This document shows positions 21,013 through 32,654 of a stretch of DNA of 64,000 bases, in pieces; the first letter of the stretch is position 1, and each line of letters starts with the position of its first letter. The position numbers and the translations under genes were made by a program. The stretch comes from Escherichia coli (GTDB lineage: Bacteria > Pseudomonadota > Gammaproteobacteria > Enterobacterales > Enterobacteriaceae). The stretch lies in NCBI RefSeq assembly GCF_013315695.1, contig NZ_CP054353.1, one strand, 5' to 3'. The notes beneath the pieces were generated by a model. It ran no database searches. It worked only from the letters and a program-made list of their open reading frames with translations, and was not told the origin of the DNA.

Positions 21013-21951
21013 TTAGCGGCTCAACTGGCTAATCAGGGCAGGGACGACTTTGTAGATATCGCCCACCAGACCGTAGTCGGCATAGTTGAAGATTGGCGCA
21101 TTTTTATCTTTATTGATGGCGACAATCACTTTTGCGCCGTTGCCGCCAACCATATGTTGGATCTGCCCGGAGATCCCCAGCGTCAGGTAGAGATCGGATT
21201 TCAGCAACACGCCGGAGACACCGATATAACGTTCACGCTCCATCCAGTTCTCGCCTTCGGCAATTGGACGTGAACAGCCGACTTCAGCATTCAGCACTGC
21301 CGCCAGTTCGTGGACCATTTTCAGGTCATCCTGCGCCGCCAGACCACGACCGACGCCAACCACACGTTTTGCTTTGCTCAGGTCCACGCTGCTTGCCGCT
21401 TTCGCACGGCGTTCGCGACAGAGAATTTCATGACGCGGGGCAACATAAGGTACCGTTTCTGTCGGGCACTGATGAGAGATATCACTGGTGCACGGTTCCT
21501 GAACACCGGGTGCAAGGGTAATGATTGCCAGCGGGCTGTTGATCTTTTCCTGAGCGAACGCTAACCCGCCATACATCCGGTGTTCGGCGCAAATGTGACC
21601 ATCGACAATATCCACCGCAGTGGCATCGTTCACCAGCGCCGCATTCAGTTGCACACTTAACCGTGCTGCCAGAGCTTTACCACGTTTCGTCGCGGCCAGC
21701 AGCAACATAGAAGGGTGTTTATCTTTCAGCAGGGCAGCAATGCTTTCGGCGTAATTTTCAGTACGTTGCAGCGCGTCGTTTTGCTCAAGAACATAAATGC
21801 ATTTTGGCCCATAAGGCATAACTGTCTGCGCCTGGTCGGTATTTTGTACAATGGCATACACCTGTTGGCCCCATTGCTGAGCGCCGCCAAACAGTTCAGC
21901 ATAACGTTCAGGATTATCGCTAAAGACCCAGACGCTGTTTAATTGACTCAT
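21013..21951 (-). CDS. ydiR: Electron-transfer flavoprotein alpha subunit-like
   Basis: 312 aa; EtfA/FixB-like. Confidence 0.9.
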   Translation of the reverse strand: MSQLNSVWVFSDNPERYAELFGGAQQWGQQVYAIVQNTDQAQTVMPYGPKCIYVLEQNDALQRTENYAESIAALLKDKHPSMLLLAATKRGKALAARLSVQLNAALVNDATAVDIVDGHICAEHRMYGGLAFAQEKINSPLAIITLAPGVQEPCTSDISHQCPTETVPYVAPRHEILCRERRAKAASSVDLSKAKRVVGVGRGLAAQDDLKMVHELAAVLNAEVGCSRPIAEGENWMERERYIGVSGVLLKSDLYLTLGISGQIQHMVGGNGAKVIVAINKDKNAPIFNYADYGLVGDIYKVVPALISQLSR

Positions 21952-21970
21952 CGTTTCTTCTCCGTAGGCT

Positions 21971-22735
21971 TCAGTTCAGGGCTTTCTTCAGATGTTCCAC
22001 CAGCTCGGCAATGGCCTCCGGCGAATCGTTATCGAGAATGATGTGCTTACGTTCTGTTTGCGGCGGTACGCGAATGCCGGTCAGTTCAGCAAGTGGCGCG
22101 CTCTGGCTCCAGCCAATGTCACTTGCCTGCCACTGATTTACCGGTTTTTTACCCGCGCCGAGAATGGCTTTCATCGAAGGAATGCGTGGCATGTTAATAT
22201 CGGAGGTGACGCAGAGCACGGCTGGAACAGAGAGCTCAATAACTTCAACATCATCTTCAAGCGTGCGTTCAATCACCAGTGTATTGCCCTGACGCTGAAT
22301 AGCACTCACTGCATTAATCACCGGAAGTTGCAGAATTTCTCCGACCAGCAAGCCAACCTGCTGGGCATAAAGGTCGCCGGAACCTTCACCAAAGATCAGT
22401 AAATCGAAGCCGATCTTTTCAACTGCTGCCGCCAGCGCCTTTGCGGTATCGAGAGGCAGTGCATGTTCAAGTTGCGCATCCTGCACCAAATACAGGCTAT
22501 GCGGCCCGCGGGATAGCACGTCTTTACGCACTTTCGAGTTCTGCAACAATGAGCCGCCAATGGTCAGCGCGGCTATCTCATCGTCATCTGTTGCAATCTG
22601 GCTTGCAGCTTCAATGGCATTGAGATCGAACTGGCTGATTTTGGCGTCGGCATTGTCGAAATTCAGGGTATATTCTGGAGTGACAACAATGTCCTGTTCT
22701 TCAGGCACCAGCTTAAAGCAGGTTATTATTTTCAT
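21971..22735 (-). CDS. ydiQ: Electron-transfer flavoprotein beta subunit-like
   Basis: 254 aa from internal Met MKIITCFKLVPEEQD...; the 287-aa form in the track is an upstream extension. Confidence 0.9.
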   Translation of the reverse strand: MKIITCFKLVPEEQDIVVTPEYTLNFDNADAKISQFDLNAIEAASQIATDDDEIAALTIGGSLLQNSKVRKDVLSRGPHSLYLVQDAQLEHALPLDTAKALAAAVEKIGFDLLIFGEGSGDLYAQQVGLLVGEILQLPVINAVSAIQRQGNTLVIERTLEDDVEVIELSVPAVLCVTSDINMPRIPSMKAILGAGKKPVNQWQASDIGWSQSAPLAELTGIRVPPQTERKHIILDNDSPEAIAELVEHLKKALN

Positions 22736-23050
22736 GATTTCTCCTGTGAGTCGCATACGGAACCATCTCCGATGGAAGGTAAAAATGGCCTGAAAATAGT
22801 GTGCGATAGCGGTGCGGGGTTTTCGACGGAGCAAGCTGTTTTCCTTGCCAACAATCTTGCAAAAAAAATGCGATCGCTAAAACAAAAGTGCAATTTGCGG
22901 CAATATAGTTATTCCATGACCGTACAATCTTGCATTCAGTGTAAATAATCTTGTTTAGCTCTCGCTAAACGCGGTTGTATAACCGCAATACACGCCGTAT
23001 TTTATCCGGCATATATTGTTTTTGCTTGCTCATGGAATAGGGAGGTTGTC

Positions 23051-23748
23051 ATGTATCAACGCTGTTTTGATAACGCCAGTGAAACGCTGTTTGTCGCCGG
23101 TAAAACGCCACGGCTTTCACGTTTCGCATTTAGCGATGATCCAAAATGGGAGTCCGGACATCACGTTCATGACAATGAAACCGAGCTGATTTACGTCAAG
23201 AAAGGGGTAGCAAGGTTTACCATCGATTCTTCGTTATATGTCGCGCATGCCGATGACATTGTGGTGATAGAACGTGGCAGGCTGCATGCGGTGGCCTCTG
23301 ACGTTAACGATCCGGCAACGACGTGTACCTGTGCGCTGTACGGCTTTCAGTTTCAGGGGGCTGAGGAAAATCAGCTACTGCAACCGCATTCTTGCCCGGT
23401 AATTGCCGCAGGGCAGGGAAAAGAAGTCATTAAAACCTTATTTAATGAGCTAAGTGTGATTTTGCCGCAAAGTAAAAATAGCCAAACATCTTCGTTATGG
23501 GACGCATTTGCCTATACGTTAGCAATTCTTTACTATGAAAACTTTAAAAATGCTTATCGTTCGGAGCAGGGATATATTAAAAAAGATGTTCTGATAAAAG
23601 ATATTCTTTTCTATCTGAATAATAACTATCGCGAAAAAATCACTTTAGAGCAGTTATCGAAAAAGTTTCGTGCCAGCGTCAGTTATATTTGCCATGAATT
23701 TACCAAAGAGTATCGCATTTCCCCTATTAACTATGTTATTCAACGGCG
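23051..23748 (+). pseudogene. ydiP: ydiP 5' portion (AraC-family regulator), interrupted by IS1
   Basis: N-terminal cupin-like domain and start of the AraC HTH region; frame continues into IS1 and stops at 23770. Confidence 0.8.
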
Positions 23749-23803
23749 GGTGATGCTGCCAACTTACTGATTTAGTGTATGATGGTGTTTTTGAGGTGCT
23801 CCA

Positions 23804-24079
23804 GTGGCTTCTGTTTCTATCAGCTGTCCCTCCTGTTCAGCTACTGACGGGGTGGTGCGTAACGGCAAAAGCACCGCCGGACATCAGCGCTATCTCTGCT
23901 CTCACTGCCGTAAAACATGGCAACTGCAGTTCACTTACACCGCTTCTCAACCCGGTACGCACCAGAAAATCATTGATATGGCCATGAATGGCGTTGGATG
24001 CCGGGCAACAGCCCGCATTATGGGCGTTGGCCTCAACACGATTTTACGTCACTTAAAAAACTCAGGCCGCAGTCGGTAA
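23804..24079 (+). CDS. insA: IS1 InsA
   Basis: Protein identical to the copy at 17176-17451. Confidence 0.9.
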
Positions 24080-24501
24080 CCTCGCGCATACAGCCGGGCA
24101 GTGACGTCATCGTCTGCGCGGAAATGGACGAACAGTGGGGCTATGTCGGGGCTAAATCGCGCCAGCGCTGGCTGTTTTACGCGTATGACAGGCTCCGGAA
24201 GACGGTTGTTGCGCACGTATTCGGTGAACGCACTATGGCGACGCTGGGGCGTCTTATGAGCCTGCTGTCACCCTTTGACGTGGTGATATGGATGACGGAT
24301 GGCTGGCCGCTGTATGAATCCCGCCTGAAGGGAAAGCTGCACGTAATCAGCAAGCGATATACGCAGCGAATTGAGCGGCATAACCTGAATCTGAGGCAGC
24401 ACCTGGCACGGCTGGGACGGAAGTCGCTGTCGTTCTCAAAATCGGTGGAGCTGCATGACAAAGTCATCGGGCATTATCTGAACATAAAACACTATCAATA
24501 A
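23998..24501 (+). CDS. insB: IS1 InsB reading frame
   Basis: Protein identical to the copy at 17370-17873. Confidence 0.85.
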
Positions 24502-24516
24502 GTTGGAGTCATTACC

Positions 24517-24739
24517 TCAACGGCGTATGACGGAAGCGAAATGGTCACTCACTAATACTGAATTATCACAGACAGAGATCTCCTGGCGTGTGGGTTATGA
24601 AAATGTCGATCACTTTGCCAAACTGTTTTTGCGCCATGTCGGCTGTTCGCCCAGCGATTACCGCAGGCAATTTAAAAACTGTTTTGCGGAACAAGAAATC
24701 TTATCTGAATTTCCTCAACCGGTAAGTCTTGCCGGATAA
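24517..24739 (+). pseudogene. ydiP: ydiP 3' fragment (AraC-type HTH C-terminus)
   Basis: ...MTEAKWSLTNTELSQTEISWRVGYENVDHFAKLFLRHVGCSPSDYRRQF... is an AraC second HTH; continues the frame broken at 23748. Confidence 0.8.
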
Positions 24740-24781
24740 ATCTGGCGGCGCAGTTTGTTAAGAAGCTGCGCCGCCTGCAGA

Positions 24782-25933
24782 TTATTTGTTCTGATAATCT
24801 TTCAGGATCTGCCGACCTGCTACGTAAATCATAATTTCGTCTGTACCGCCGCCGATACGTTCACAACGGACATCACGCCAGAAGCGGGAGACGCGCGCCT
24901 CATCGGTATAGCCCAGACCGCCCATGATTTGAATCGCATCATCAATAACTTCCATTGCGGTACGTGCGCAGTACAGTTTTGCCAGCGCCGCGCTGGTGCG
25001 CAGTGACTGATGCTGATCGGCTTGCCATGCCACTTTCAACACCATGTTGCGCATGTTGTCGATCTTAATCGCCATCAGCGCCAGTTTTTCCTGGATCATC
25101 TGGTTATGACCAATGGGCTTACCAAAAGCGATACGCTGGTTGGCATAGCGGGCGGCATCTTCGAATGCGCATTCGGCAAAGCCGGTGCTGCGCGCGGCGT
25201 TGATCAGGCGCTCCATCTCAAAGTTGTACATCACATTGAGGAAACCCATTCCTTCTTCGCCCACCATGTCGCTCTCTTCAACTTCCACGTTGTCGAGATA
25301 GACTTCGCAGGTGCTGAGCATATGCCAGCCGATTTTATGCAGTGGATTGATTTTAATGCCGGGCTTACTGGAGTCGACCCACCACAGAGTAAAGGCCTTT
25401 TTCGGATCTTTCGGTTGCGGATCGCGCGCCAACACCAGCATATATGGATACTCTTTCGCACCGGTAATAAAGGTTTTCTGTCCGTTGATGTAAACCTTGC
25501 CGTTTTTACGCGTGTAAGTGGTAGTGGCACTGTTGTTGTCTGAGCCTGCGCCTGGCTCCGTCAATGCCAGGGCATAGGCGGGATCACCCGTTTCCAGTGT
25601 GCTCTCTGCCGTTTTACGTAGCTGCTCTGCAGAACCGAAACGGCGCATACTGTGAATACATTGACCGTTGGTAATCAAAAATGCCGGAGCACCGCATTTT
25701 GACACTTCCATCAGCGCCAGCATTTGGGTGACGTAATCCGCAGGGATACCACCAAATTCTTCCGGCACGCCAAGCATGGAAATACCGTTATCCGCCAGTG
25801 CCCGCATAAACTCACGCGGGTATGTCCCGTTTTGATCGCAGGTGCGGAAATACTCTTCCGGAAAGTTAGTCGTAATCAGTTCGCGAATACTGGCCAGCAG
25901 CAGTTCTTGTTCTTCAGTTAAAGAAAAATCCAT
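24782..25933 (-). CDS. ydiO: Acyl-CoA dehydrogenase (CaiA-like)
   Basis: 383 aa from MDFSLTEEQELL...; the track ORF has an 18-aa upstream extension. Confidence 0.9.
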   Translation of the reverse strand: MDFSLTEEQELLLASIRELITTNFPEEYFRTCDQNGTYPREFMRALADNGISMLGVPEEFGGIPADYVTQMLALMEVSKCGAPAFLITNGQCIHSMRRFGSAEQLRKTAESTLETGDPAYALALTEPGAGSDNNSATTTYTRKNGKVYINGQKTFITGAKEYPYMLVLARDPQPKDPKKAFTLWWVDSSKPGIKINPLHKIGWHMLSTCEVYLDNVEVEESDMVGEEGMGFLNVMYNFEMERLINAARSTGFAECAFEDAARYANQRIAFGKPIGHNQMIQEKLALMAIKIDNMRNMVLKVAWQADQHQSLRTSAALAKLYCARTAMEVIDDAIQIMGGLGYTDEARVSRFWRDVRCERIGGGTDEIMIYVAGRQILKDYQNK

Positions 25934-25946
25934 CATTATACTCCTG

Positions 25947-27542
25947 TTAATGAGCCGCTTCAGGCAGGACAAAACCCATCGCCGCATCGATAAATAATCT
26001 TTCGTCCATCAGTTTGAGTTCTGGCGAAATCACTGGGGTGAAATCCATTTTGTCGAGAATATCTTTTTGTAAATCGACGCCAGGAGCGATTTCGATTAAA
26101 TGCAGGCCGTCTTCTTTTAACGTGAATACAGCGCGCTCAGTGATATAACGAACATCCAGCCCTCGCTCGAGAGCGATTTTTCCGCTGAAAGTTATTTCCG
26201 GTAGTTCCCGAATAAATTTCTTCACCCGTCCTTCCTGGACGATATTTAATTTGCCGTCGGTAATTTCTGTTTTTAAACTGCCCGCAGTTAATGTGCCGCA
26301 GAACACGATTTTCTTCGAAGTGGCACTGATATCAATAAATCCACCGGTGCCCATGATTTTACCATTGAATTTATGCACGCCGACGTTACCGTGCTGGTCG
26401 ACTTCAGCAAAACTCAAATAACAAACATCCAGACCACCACCGTGATAAAAATCAAACTGGGACGTCATATCCAGAATGGCGCGGGTATTCACGTTCGCGC
26501 CAAAGGCGATCCCCTGTGAAGTAATACCGCCAATCGGACCTGTTTCTACCGTCAGAATAAAGTCATCAGCACAACCTTCTTCCCGGGCGACCAGGCCAAT
26601 GCCGTCAGCAATACCGACGCCGACATTCCCCACTGCGCCTTTGCGCATTTCGAATAATGCACGCCGTGCAACTAATTTACGTTGGTTTAGGGGCAGGCTA
26701 AGTTTGGTGCTGTCATCAAGAGTGAAGTCACCAGAAATAAAGCGGTTAACCGGCGCACCGCCATACAGTTGGGTTTGATCCGGATCGACCACCACAATAT
26801 CCACCAGATAACCCGGAATACGGACAGATTTAGGATGCAGCGTGGCTTTCTTAACCATTTTCTGCACCTGCATCATCACAATACCGCCGTTATTGTGCAC
26901 CGCCTGAGCAATAACCAATGCGTCGAGATACATCACCTCATCTTCAAAAGTGGCGTAGCCTTCGCTGTCGCAGGTGGTAGCGCGAATGAAGGCGATATCT
27001 GGCGCTATCGCTTTGTAATAGAGATATTCTTTGTTATCAAACTCGACCAGTTTAATCAGGTCTTCTTTAGTGACTTCATTCAGTTTGCCGCCTTGCTGGC
27101 GTGGATCGACAAATGTCCCGATGCCAATATCACTAATAATACCAGGCTGGTGGGCTGCGGCGGCGCGTAAGGTTTGTGTAAGTACACCTTGTGGATAGTT
27201 ATAAGCAATAATTTTATTTTGTTCTGCGAGATCAGAAATACGCGGCGATTGTCCCCAGTGACCGCATAATGCCCATTTCACCAGACCTTCTTGCGCCAGC
27301 GGACTAATACCACGGTCGGCGCGATCGCCAAGCCCTGTTGGACTAATAATCGATAAATTACGTGGTGTTTGAGTCTGTTTATATTTATCAGCAAGAGCAG
27401 TAATTAACGTGGTGGCTTCCAGAATACCGCCGCCAGCGCCTAACACACAAAGTGTTGCTTCGTCGGGAATATAATTCACCGCTTCCTGTGCCGACAGGAC
27501 CGGCACTCGTCCATTAATACGAGGTGGTTTTACAGGTTTCAT
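25947..27542 (-). CDS. ydiF: Fused acyl-CoA:acetate CoA-transferase alpha/beta
   Basis: 531 aa; CoA-transferase family. Confidence 0.9.
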   Translation of the reverse strand: MKPVKPPRINGRVPVLSAQEAVNYIPDEATLCVLGAGGGILEATTLITALADKYKQTQTPRNLSIISPTGLGDRADRGISPLAQEGLVKWALCGHWGQSPRISDLAEQNKIIAYNYPQGVLTQTLRAAAAHQPGIISDIGIGTFVDPRQQGGKLNEVTKEDLIKLVEFDNKEYLYYKAIAPDIAFIRATTCDSEGYATFEDEVMYLDALVIAQAVHNNGGIVMMQVQKMVKKATLHPKSVRIPGYLVDIVVVDPDQTQLYGGAPVNRFISGDFTLDDSTKLSLPLNQRKLVARRALFEMRKGAVGNVGVGIADGIGLVAREEGCADDFILTVETGPIGGITSQGIAFGANVNTRAILDMTSQFDFYHGGGLDVCYLSFAEVDQHGNVGVHKFNGKIMGTGGFIDISATSKKIVFCGTLTAGSLKTEITDGKLNIVQEGRVKKFIRELPEITFSGKIALERGLDVRYITERAVFTLKEDGLHLIEIAPGVDLQKDILDKMDFTPVISPELKLMDERLFIDAAMGFVLPEAAH

Positions 27543-27687
27543 TGTTAATTCCTGATTCAGGTGTGATTTTCCCTATGCCAGATGGAGAATTAGCGCACAG
27601 AGACTCACGAAATATTTTTATTAAATACGGTTAAAAATACTTTTTTTAGTTCGGCGGGGGAGGGTATTCCCGCCGAAATATTATTGC

Positions 27688-28446
27688 TTATGCCTGATGT
27701 AAAATAGTTAATACCGTACGCAAATCATTTACCGAGATTTGCCCTGGCGCAGAGGCTTTTTTTACCGCACCAAAAGTTGCCGCCGACCCAAATACTTCAC
27801 CAGCCAGACGAGAAATTACGCCAGTTTTTGCCATCGACATCGTGATGATTGGACGATCGGCATACTGCTCCTGCATCTCCAGGGTCGCGGCAAGCAACGT
27901 CAGCACATCGCTGGTACTTTGCGGCATCAGCGCAATCTTAGGAATATCGGCGTCGAAGGACTGCATTTTGCGCAGACGGGCAATGATTTCTTCGGCTTCC
28001 GGCGTTTTATGGAAGTCATGGTTGGACATGACAACTTTCACATCATGCGCGTGGGCGTAGGCGACGGTTTCTTTAACCTGATCATCGCCGGTAAATAACT
28101 CCAGATCGATCATATCAACCAGGCCGCTGTCGATGGCTGCACGATTGAGTGCAATATAAGCCTCGGTGGAAATCGCCTGCTCGCCGCCTTCTTTGGCACT
28201 GCGGAAGGTAAACAGCAGCGGTTTTTCTGGCATGGTTTCACGGAGAATTTTTGCTGCCGCTATGACAGACTCCACATTGGAGAGGTCGGCATAGTGGTCC
28301 ACACGCCATTCCAGAATATCAAAGTCCGCTTCACGATAGGCGAGAGCTTCGGATTTCACGCTGGCGATATCTTTCGCCATCAGCGAGACGATGATTTTAG
28401 GTGCGCCCGTACCAATGACGAGATCTTTTACAGTTACGGTTTTCAT
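27688..28446 (-). CDS. aroD: 3-dehydroquinate dehydratase type I
   Basis: 252 aa [22 protein letters not shown]... Confidence 0.95.
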
Positions 28447-28476
28447 TTTTTACCCTTTCTGCACGCGGTCAGCCTG

Positions 28477-29343
28477 TCAGGCACCGAACCCCATGACCTG
28501 TTTAACATATTCCAGAGGGAAATCTTTGCCAGTCCATAACGTGAACTGTTCAGCCCCTTGCCACAACAACATGCCGTATCCATCAATCGTTTTGCAACCC
28601 GCTTGTTGCGCCTGCTGCAATAACTTCGTCATATGCGGGTTATACACGCATTCAGTGACCAGAAGTCCCGGATGTAACAGACTGATATCATTAACCAATG
28701 ATTCATTCTCAAGGGGTTTCATACCCACTTTTGTGCCATTGGTTAAAATGTCGGCGGAAGCCAGGGCTTCAGCAAAGGCTTGCTGATCGGCGAGATCGGT
28801 GACTGTCACGACGCAATCGGTGTTTTCGTTAACCCGCTGCGCGAAGGCGAGGGCTTTATCGAAGAACTCATCCCGACGGTTAAAGAGTTTAATTTCTTTT
28901 AAACCTTCAATTGCCCCCTGCGCGCCAATTGCCGTTGAGGCACCTCCGGCCCCTAACAGCACCATCGTTTTGCCTTTGATATCAAAACCGCTCTCTTTAA
29001 TGGCGCGAATATGGCCCGTGCCGTCGGTGTTATAGCCACGCAGATAGCCATCATCATTTACGATGGTGTTGATGGCACCCACCAGTTTGGCTGCTGGCGT
29101 TAATTCATCAACATATTCACACGCCAGTTGTTTGTTCGGCATTGATACACCAGTTCCGCGCATTTTGAGGGCTTTTAATCCTTCAATTGCTCCGGGAAAA
29201 CTATCGTTATCCACTTCAAAGGCCATATAGGTAAATGGCAATCCCGCTTTTTCTAAGGCTTTATTCTGCATTTCGGGCGATAAACTGTGGCGGATGGGAT
29301 AGGCCATCAACCCAATCAATTCGTATTTTGCGGTAACATCCAT
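28477..29343 (-). CDS. ydiB: Quinate/shikimate dehydrogenase
   Basis: 288 aa; shikimate dehydrogenase fold. Confidence 0.95.
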
Positions 29344-29354
29344 AATTAACTCCT

Positions 29355-30626
29355 TTAACCCCTATGCTTAATCGTGTTTAACCGGGTGCTAAATTTATGC
29401 TCGCCAAACCGCACATCATTTTCAGGAATAATGAAAACGCGGTAATAGCGGATAAAAACAATAATTGCGGTAATCAGGGCCAGCAGCGCGAAAGTAAAAT
29501 CGAGAACAATGATATATTGCAGGCCGATGTTCGACAGATAACCGGTAATCAGCGGAATAACAAAGTTAGCCAGTCCACCCATCATCATATATATACTGGT
29601 GACTTTGGCTTTGCTTTTTGGGAAAAACTCTGACATGACCGAAACGCCGAGCTGTAAAATGCCGCCAGCTGCTGAGAAACCGATAACAAAGGCTCCGGCA
29701 TTACACACCAATGGAGAAGGGTACAGGTAGATAATGGCAGCTGTTATTGTTGCCAGTGCAGAGTTAAATACATTAGCCCAGATGGGCCGGACCATTTTTT
29801 TCAGCAGGGCGGCAAAAATAAAGACACAGACCAGCGAACCCATACTGTAATAAGAGATGGTTTTTAATGCCTCAGCTTCTGACATACCAGCAAAAGCCAT
29901 CGCATATTTGGGCATCCACACCACAATCACATAAAAGGTCGAGAATGCGGCTACACCGAACAGTACTGATGAAACACCTTCCAGCCAGACTAACGGTTTG
30001 CTGTTCATTTGCGGTAATTCATTAGCTACGCTGGCGTCCACCAACTGGCTGGGGAATTTGCTTTTCAACAGCATCAGCGTGATCAGTACAAACAGAATAC
30101 CCGGAATAATCAGCCCATAGCCGTACCAGATGTTATTGAGCAACATATAGCTCACCAGCATTGGGTAGAACATTTGCCCGAATGACACCATCGCTTTAAC
30201 CAGTATGACCGCCGAACCAGAGGCTTTCGGAAAGCATTCCATAAGCGCGGGGTAGCCACCCGTATCCAGCGCTGAGTTAGCGATACCTACGCACACTGCC
30301 AGACAGTAGGCGAGAGTTAAATTCGGGCAAGCAGGAATACCAAAGAAGAATAGCAGATACATTATTACTGCCATTAATATCACCGCCCGACGACCAAACT
30401 TATCGGAGATCACTCCGAAGAATAAAATACTGATCAATCGCCCCAATCCGATACCGGAAATTAAATAGGCAATGCCCGCGTTGTCAGTGGAAAACTTTTC
30501 TGCCAAAGATGTCATGTTTTGGGCAAGCGTAATAACACTAATACCGTGCAGGAAATAGCTGAAGTAAATACAAAGAACAGCCAGGATAAATGGCGTGCTG
30601 AAAGCCTTATTTTGAGACATTTTCAC
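29355..30626 (-). CDS. ydiN: MFS transporter
   Basis: About 421-423 aa, 12-TM MFS; start may be the Met at 30620. Confidence 0.85.
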
Positions 30627-30846
30627 AGCTCCTTGCTGAAAGATAATTTCGTTACCGTACGTATTGTTCTCCGACGGTTTACATAATTACTATACTGAAG
30701 ATGATTTTCCCTGGGTACATGGCATAAAGTTTATGTTTCCAGGAATATTGCATGTCATAGTTTGTTTTTGATCGCGATTTTCCTTAGTTAGCGCAGAAAG
30801 AGTTATTTATCCGTAAGATCTTGCATGACCTGAAAAGAATATTGCA

Positions 30847-32061
30847 TTACCCACCCGGAGCGACATTTTCCTTTAGCGAGTGATGCCGCGTTTCTTTGCG
30901 ACTGCGTAAGCCAATAAACAGTGCCAGTATAAAGCCGATGGCAGCGATGGCGGTATCGAACCACATAATATCGGCAATACTTCTTTGCGAAAGATGAGCC
31001 GTAATCAACGGAATGGTAAATGTTGCAATGCTGCCCGCACTGTAATAGATCCCCGTTGCTTTTCCTTTAGCGTAGGGAAAACGTTCCGCCATTAACGTCA
31101 GGCCAATTTGTACAACACCGCCTGCGGAGGTAAAACCGATGACGAAAGCAAATATTATCACCACATAAAATGTGGGATGCAGGCAGACGGTGAGCAGGGC
31201 GATAAATGAGATAAAGGTGTACAGCATCAGTAATGTTGTTGGGCGAACGGTATTACGAATGAGTGGAGCGGTAATAAATACACAAAGCAGCGAACCCACG
31301 GTGTAGATACTGAGTAGTTTGATCGACATAGTGTATGACATTCCAGCGACAAACTGTCCGTATTGTGCCAGCCACTGGCTAACCAGATAAAACGTTGCCA
31401 TTGAGATATAGCCATATAGGGAATAACTGGCTAAATCGATAATTGAACAGCGATGTTCCGTAGAGCTGGTGGTTTTCTTTATGACAGGTAAGTGACGACC
31501 CGGATGGGGTGGGAACGTACAACGGTATAAAAACAGAGCGTTAATAAACATAATGCCTGCGGCAATCATAAAGGACCAACCGAACCACAGTTCAGCCCAC
31601 ACTAACAGGCTGATAATTAGCGGTAATAAAAATTGTCCGCTGGAAACAAATGCTTTAATTAAAATATTGGCTGTACCCGGTGAGCGTGGAAAAGCTTCCA
31701 TCAAACTGGGATAGGTGCCTGCATCGAGAAAACTGTTTGCCATTCCCGCCAGAAAGCCAAAAACATAAGCGATAATGATGTTATTGGTGTGCAGGATGCC
31801 AAAAAAGAAGGCCATATAGCAGCACATCCCGAGCATGATAAAAGGGCGGCGACCAAAGCGATCGGATAATAATCCTGCAAAAAGCAAGACACTTAATCGA
31901 CCAATGCCCAGTGATGAGATAACTATCGAGACGCCCGCGGCATTAGTCTGCCAAAGCATCTCCAGCGAGGCCATATTCAGGCTCATCAAAATGACGCCCA
32001 TACCATGCACCAGGTAATTAAAATACAACCCAAGTGCGGTAGGGTAATAGGGATTTTTCAT
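30847..32061 (-). CDS. ydiM: MFS transporter
   Basis: 404 aa; paralog-like to ydiN. Confidence 0.85.
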   Translation of the reverse strand: MKNPYYPTALGLYFNYLVHGMGVILMSLNMASLEMLWQTNAAGVSIVISSLGIGRLSVLLFAGLLSDRFGRRPFIMLGMCCYMAFFFGILHTNNIIIAYVFGFLAGMANSFLDAGTYPSLMEAFPRSPGTANILIKAFVSSGQFLLPLIISLLVWAELWFGWSFMIAAGIMFINALFLYRCTFPPHPGRHLPVIKKTTSSTEHRCSIIDLASYSLYGYISMATFYLVSQWLAQYGQFVAGMSYTMSIKLLSIYTVGSLLCVFITAPLIRNTVRPTTLLMLYTFISFIALLTVCLHPTFYVVIIFAFVIGFTSAGGVVQIGLTLMAERFPYAKGKATGIYYSAGSIATFTIPLITAHLSQRSIADIMWFDTAIAAIGFILALFIGLRSRKETRHHSLKENVAPGG

Positions 32062-32160
32062 AGGTTCTACTTAGCAAAGGTGCTTTAAAAAGTGTAGCGA
32101 TGTTGTGTCAGTATCCGTTCATTATTGTTGTAACAACGACAATTCCTTTCTGTGGAGAAA

Positions 32161-32517
32161 TTAACAAAGCCGCTCCAGATCGTGTGCATATAATTCAGCG
32201 GCTACCGATTGATAGATCTTCCAGTCAATAAAATTGCCATCAGGGTAGACTTGTTGAAACGCGGTTAAGTCGGGGAAAAAACGCATGGTGTTGTTGCCGA
32301 TGCGGTTATTTATTTTCTCTATGATGGCATGAAGATGTTTTTTTCGTTGCTGACGCATAGCCAACAGTTGCTCGACTACACAATCAGGAATGGCGCATTT
32401 GCCATTTTCCCACTGACGCCAGCTTTCACTGTCATCGGTCTGGGCAATCCAGGTCGCGCATTCATCAATAGTCATGGCAAAAATATGGCGAAGTGCCTGG
32501 AGTTCATAAGCGTTCAT
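32161..32517 (-). CDS. ydiL: Uncharacterised protein YdiL
   Basis: 118 aa from MNAYELQALRH... Confidence 0.8.
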   Translation of the reverse strand: MNAYELQALRHIFAMTIDECATWIAQTDDSESWRQWENGKCAIPDCVVEQLLAMRQQRKKHLHAIIEKINNRIGNNTMRFFPDLTAFQQVYPDGNFIDWKIYQSVAAELYAHDLERLC

Positions 32518-32654
32518 CGTGTAATGGCTGCATGAAATAAACAATAAAATATAAATAACATTATCAGCCTGCTGACGGCTTGAAGAGAGTCACAGTATCT
32601 TGTGCAACATTATTGGAAAGAGTGAGGGGCGAGGTAGCGAAGCGGAAAAATGTT

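Larger units (their letters stand above)
23749..24516 (+). mobile_element. IS1 insertion sequence (768 bp), second copy, same orientation
   Basis: Same terminal repeats as copy 1; flanked by the 9-bp direct repeat TCAACGGCG (23740-23748 and 24517-24525). Differs from copy 1 at two or more positions in the first 100 bp. Confidence 0.95.

Noticed and set aside
17121-24516. Composite IS1 transposon carrying ydiT-ydiQ
   Set aside because: Each IS1 copy has its own matching 9-bp target-site duplication (GCGCATGAA and TCAACGGCG), so these are two independent simple insertions, not a mobilised composite unit.
27651-27675. GGCGGGGGAGGGTATTCCCGCC hairpin, considered as aroD terminator
   Set aside because: On the aroD (minus) transcript the hairpin would be followed by an A-run, not a U-tract, and on the + strand the trailing T-run is weak; it lies in the ydiF upstream region.
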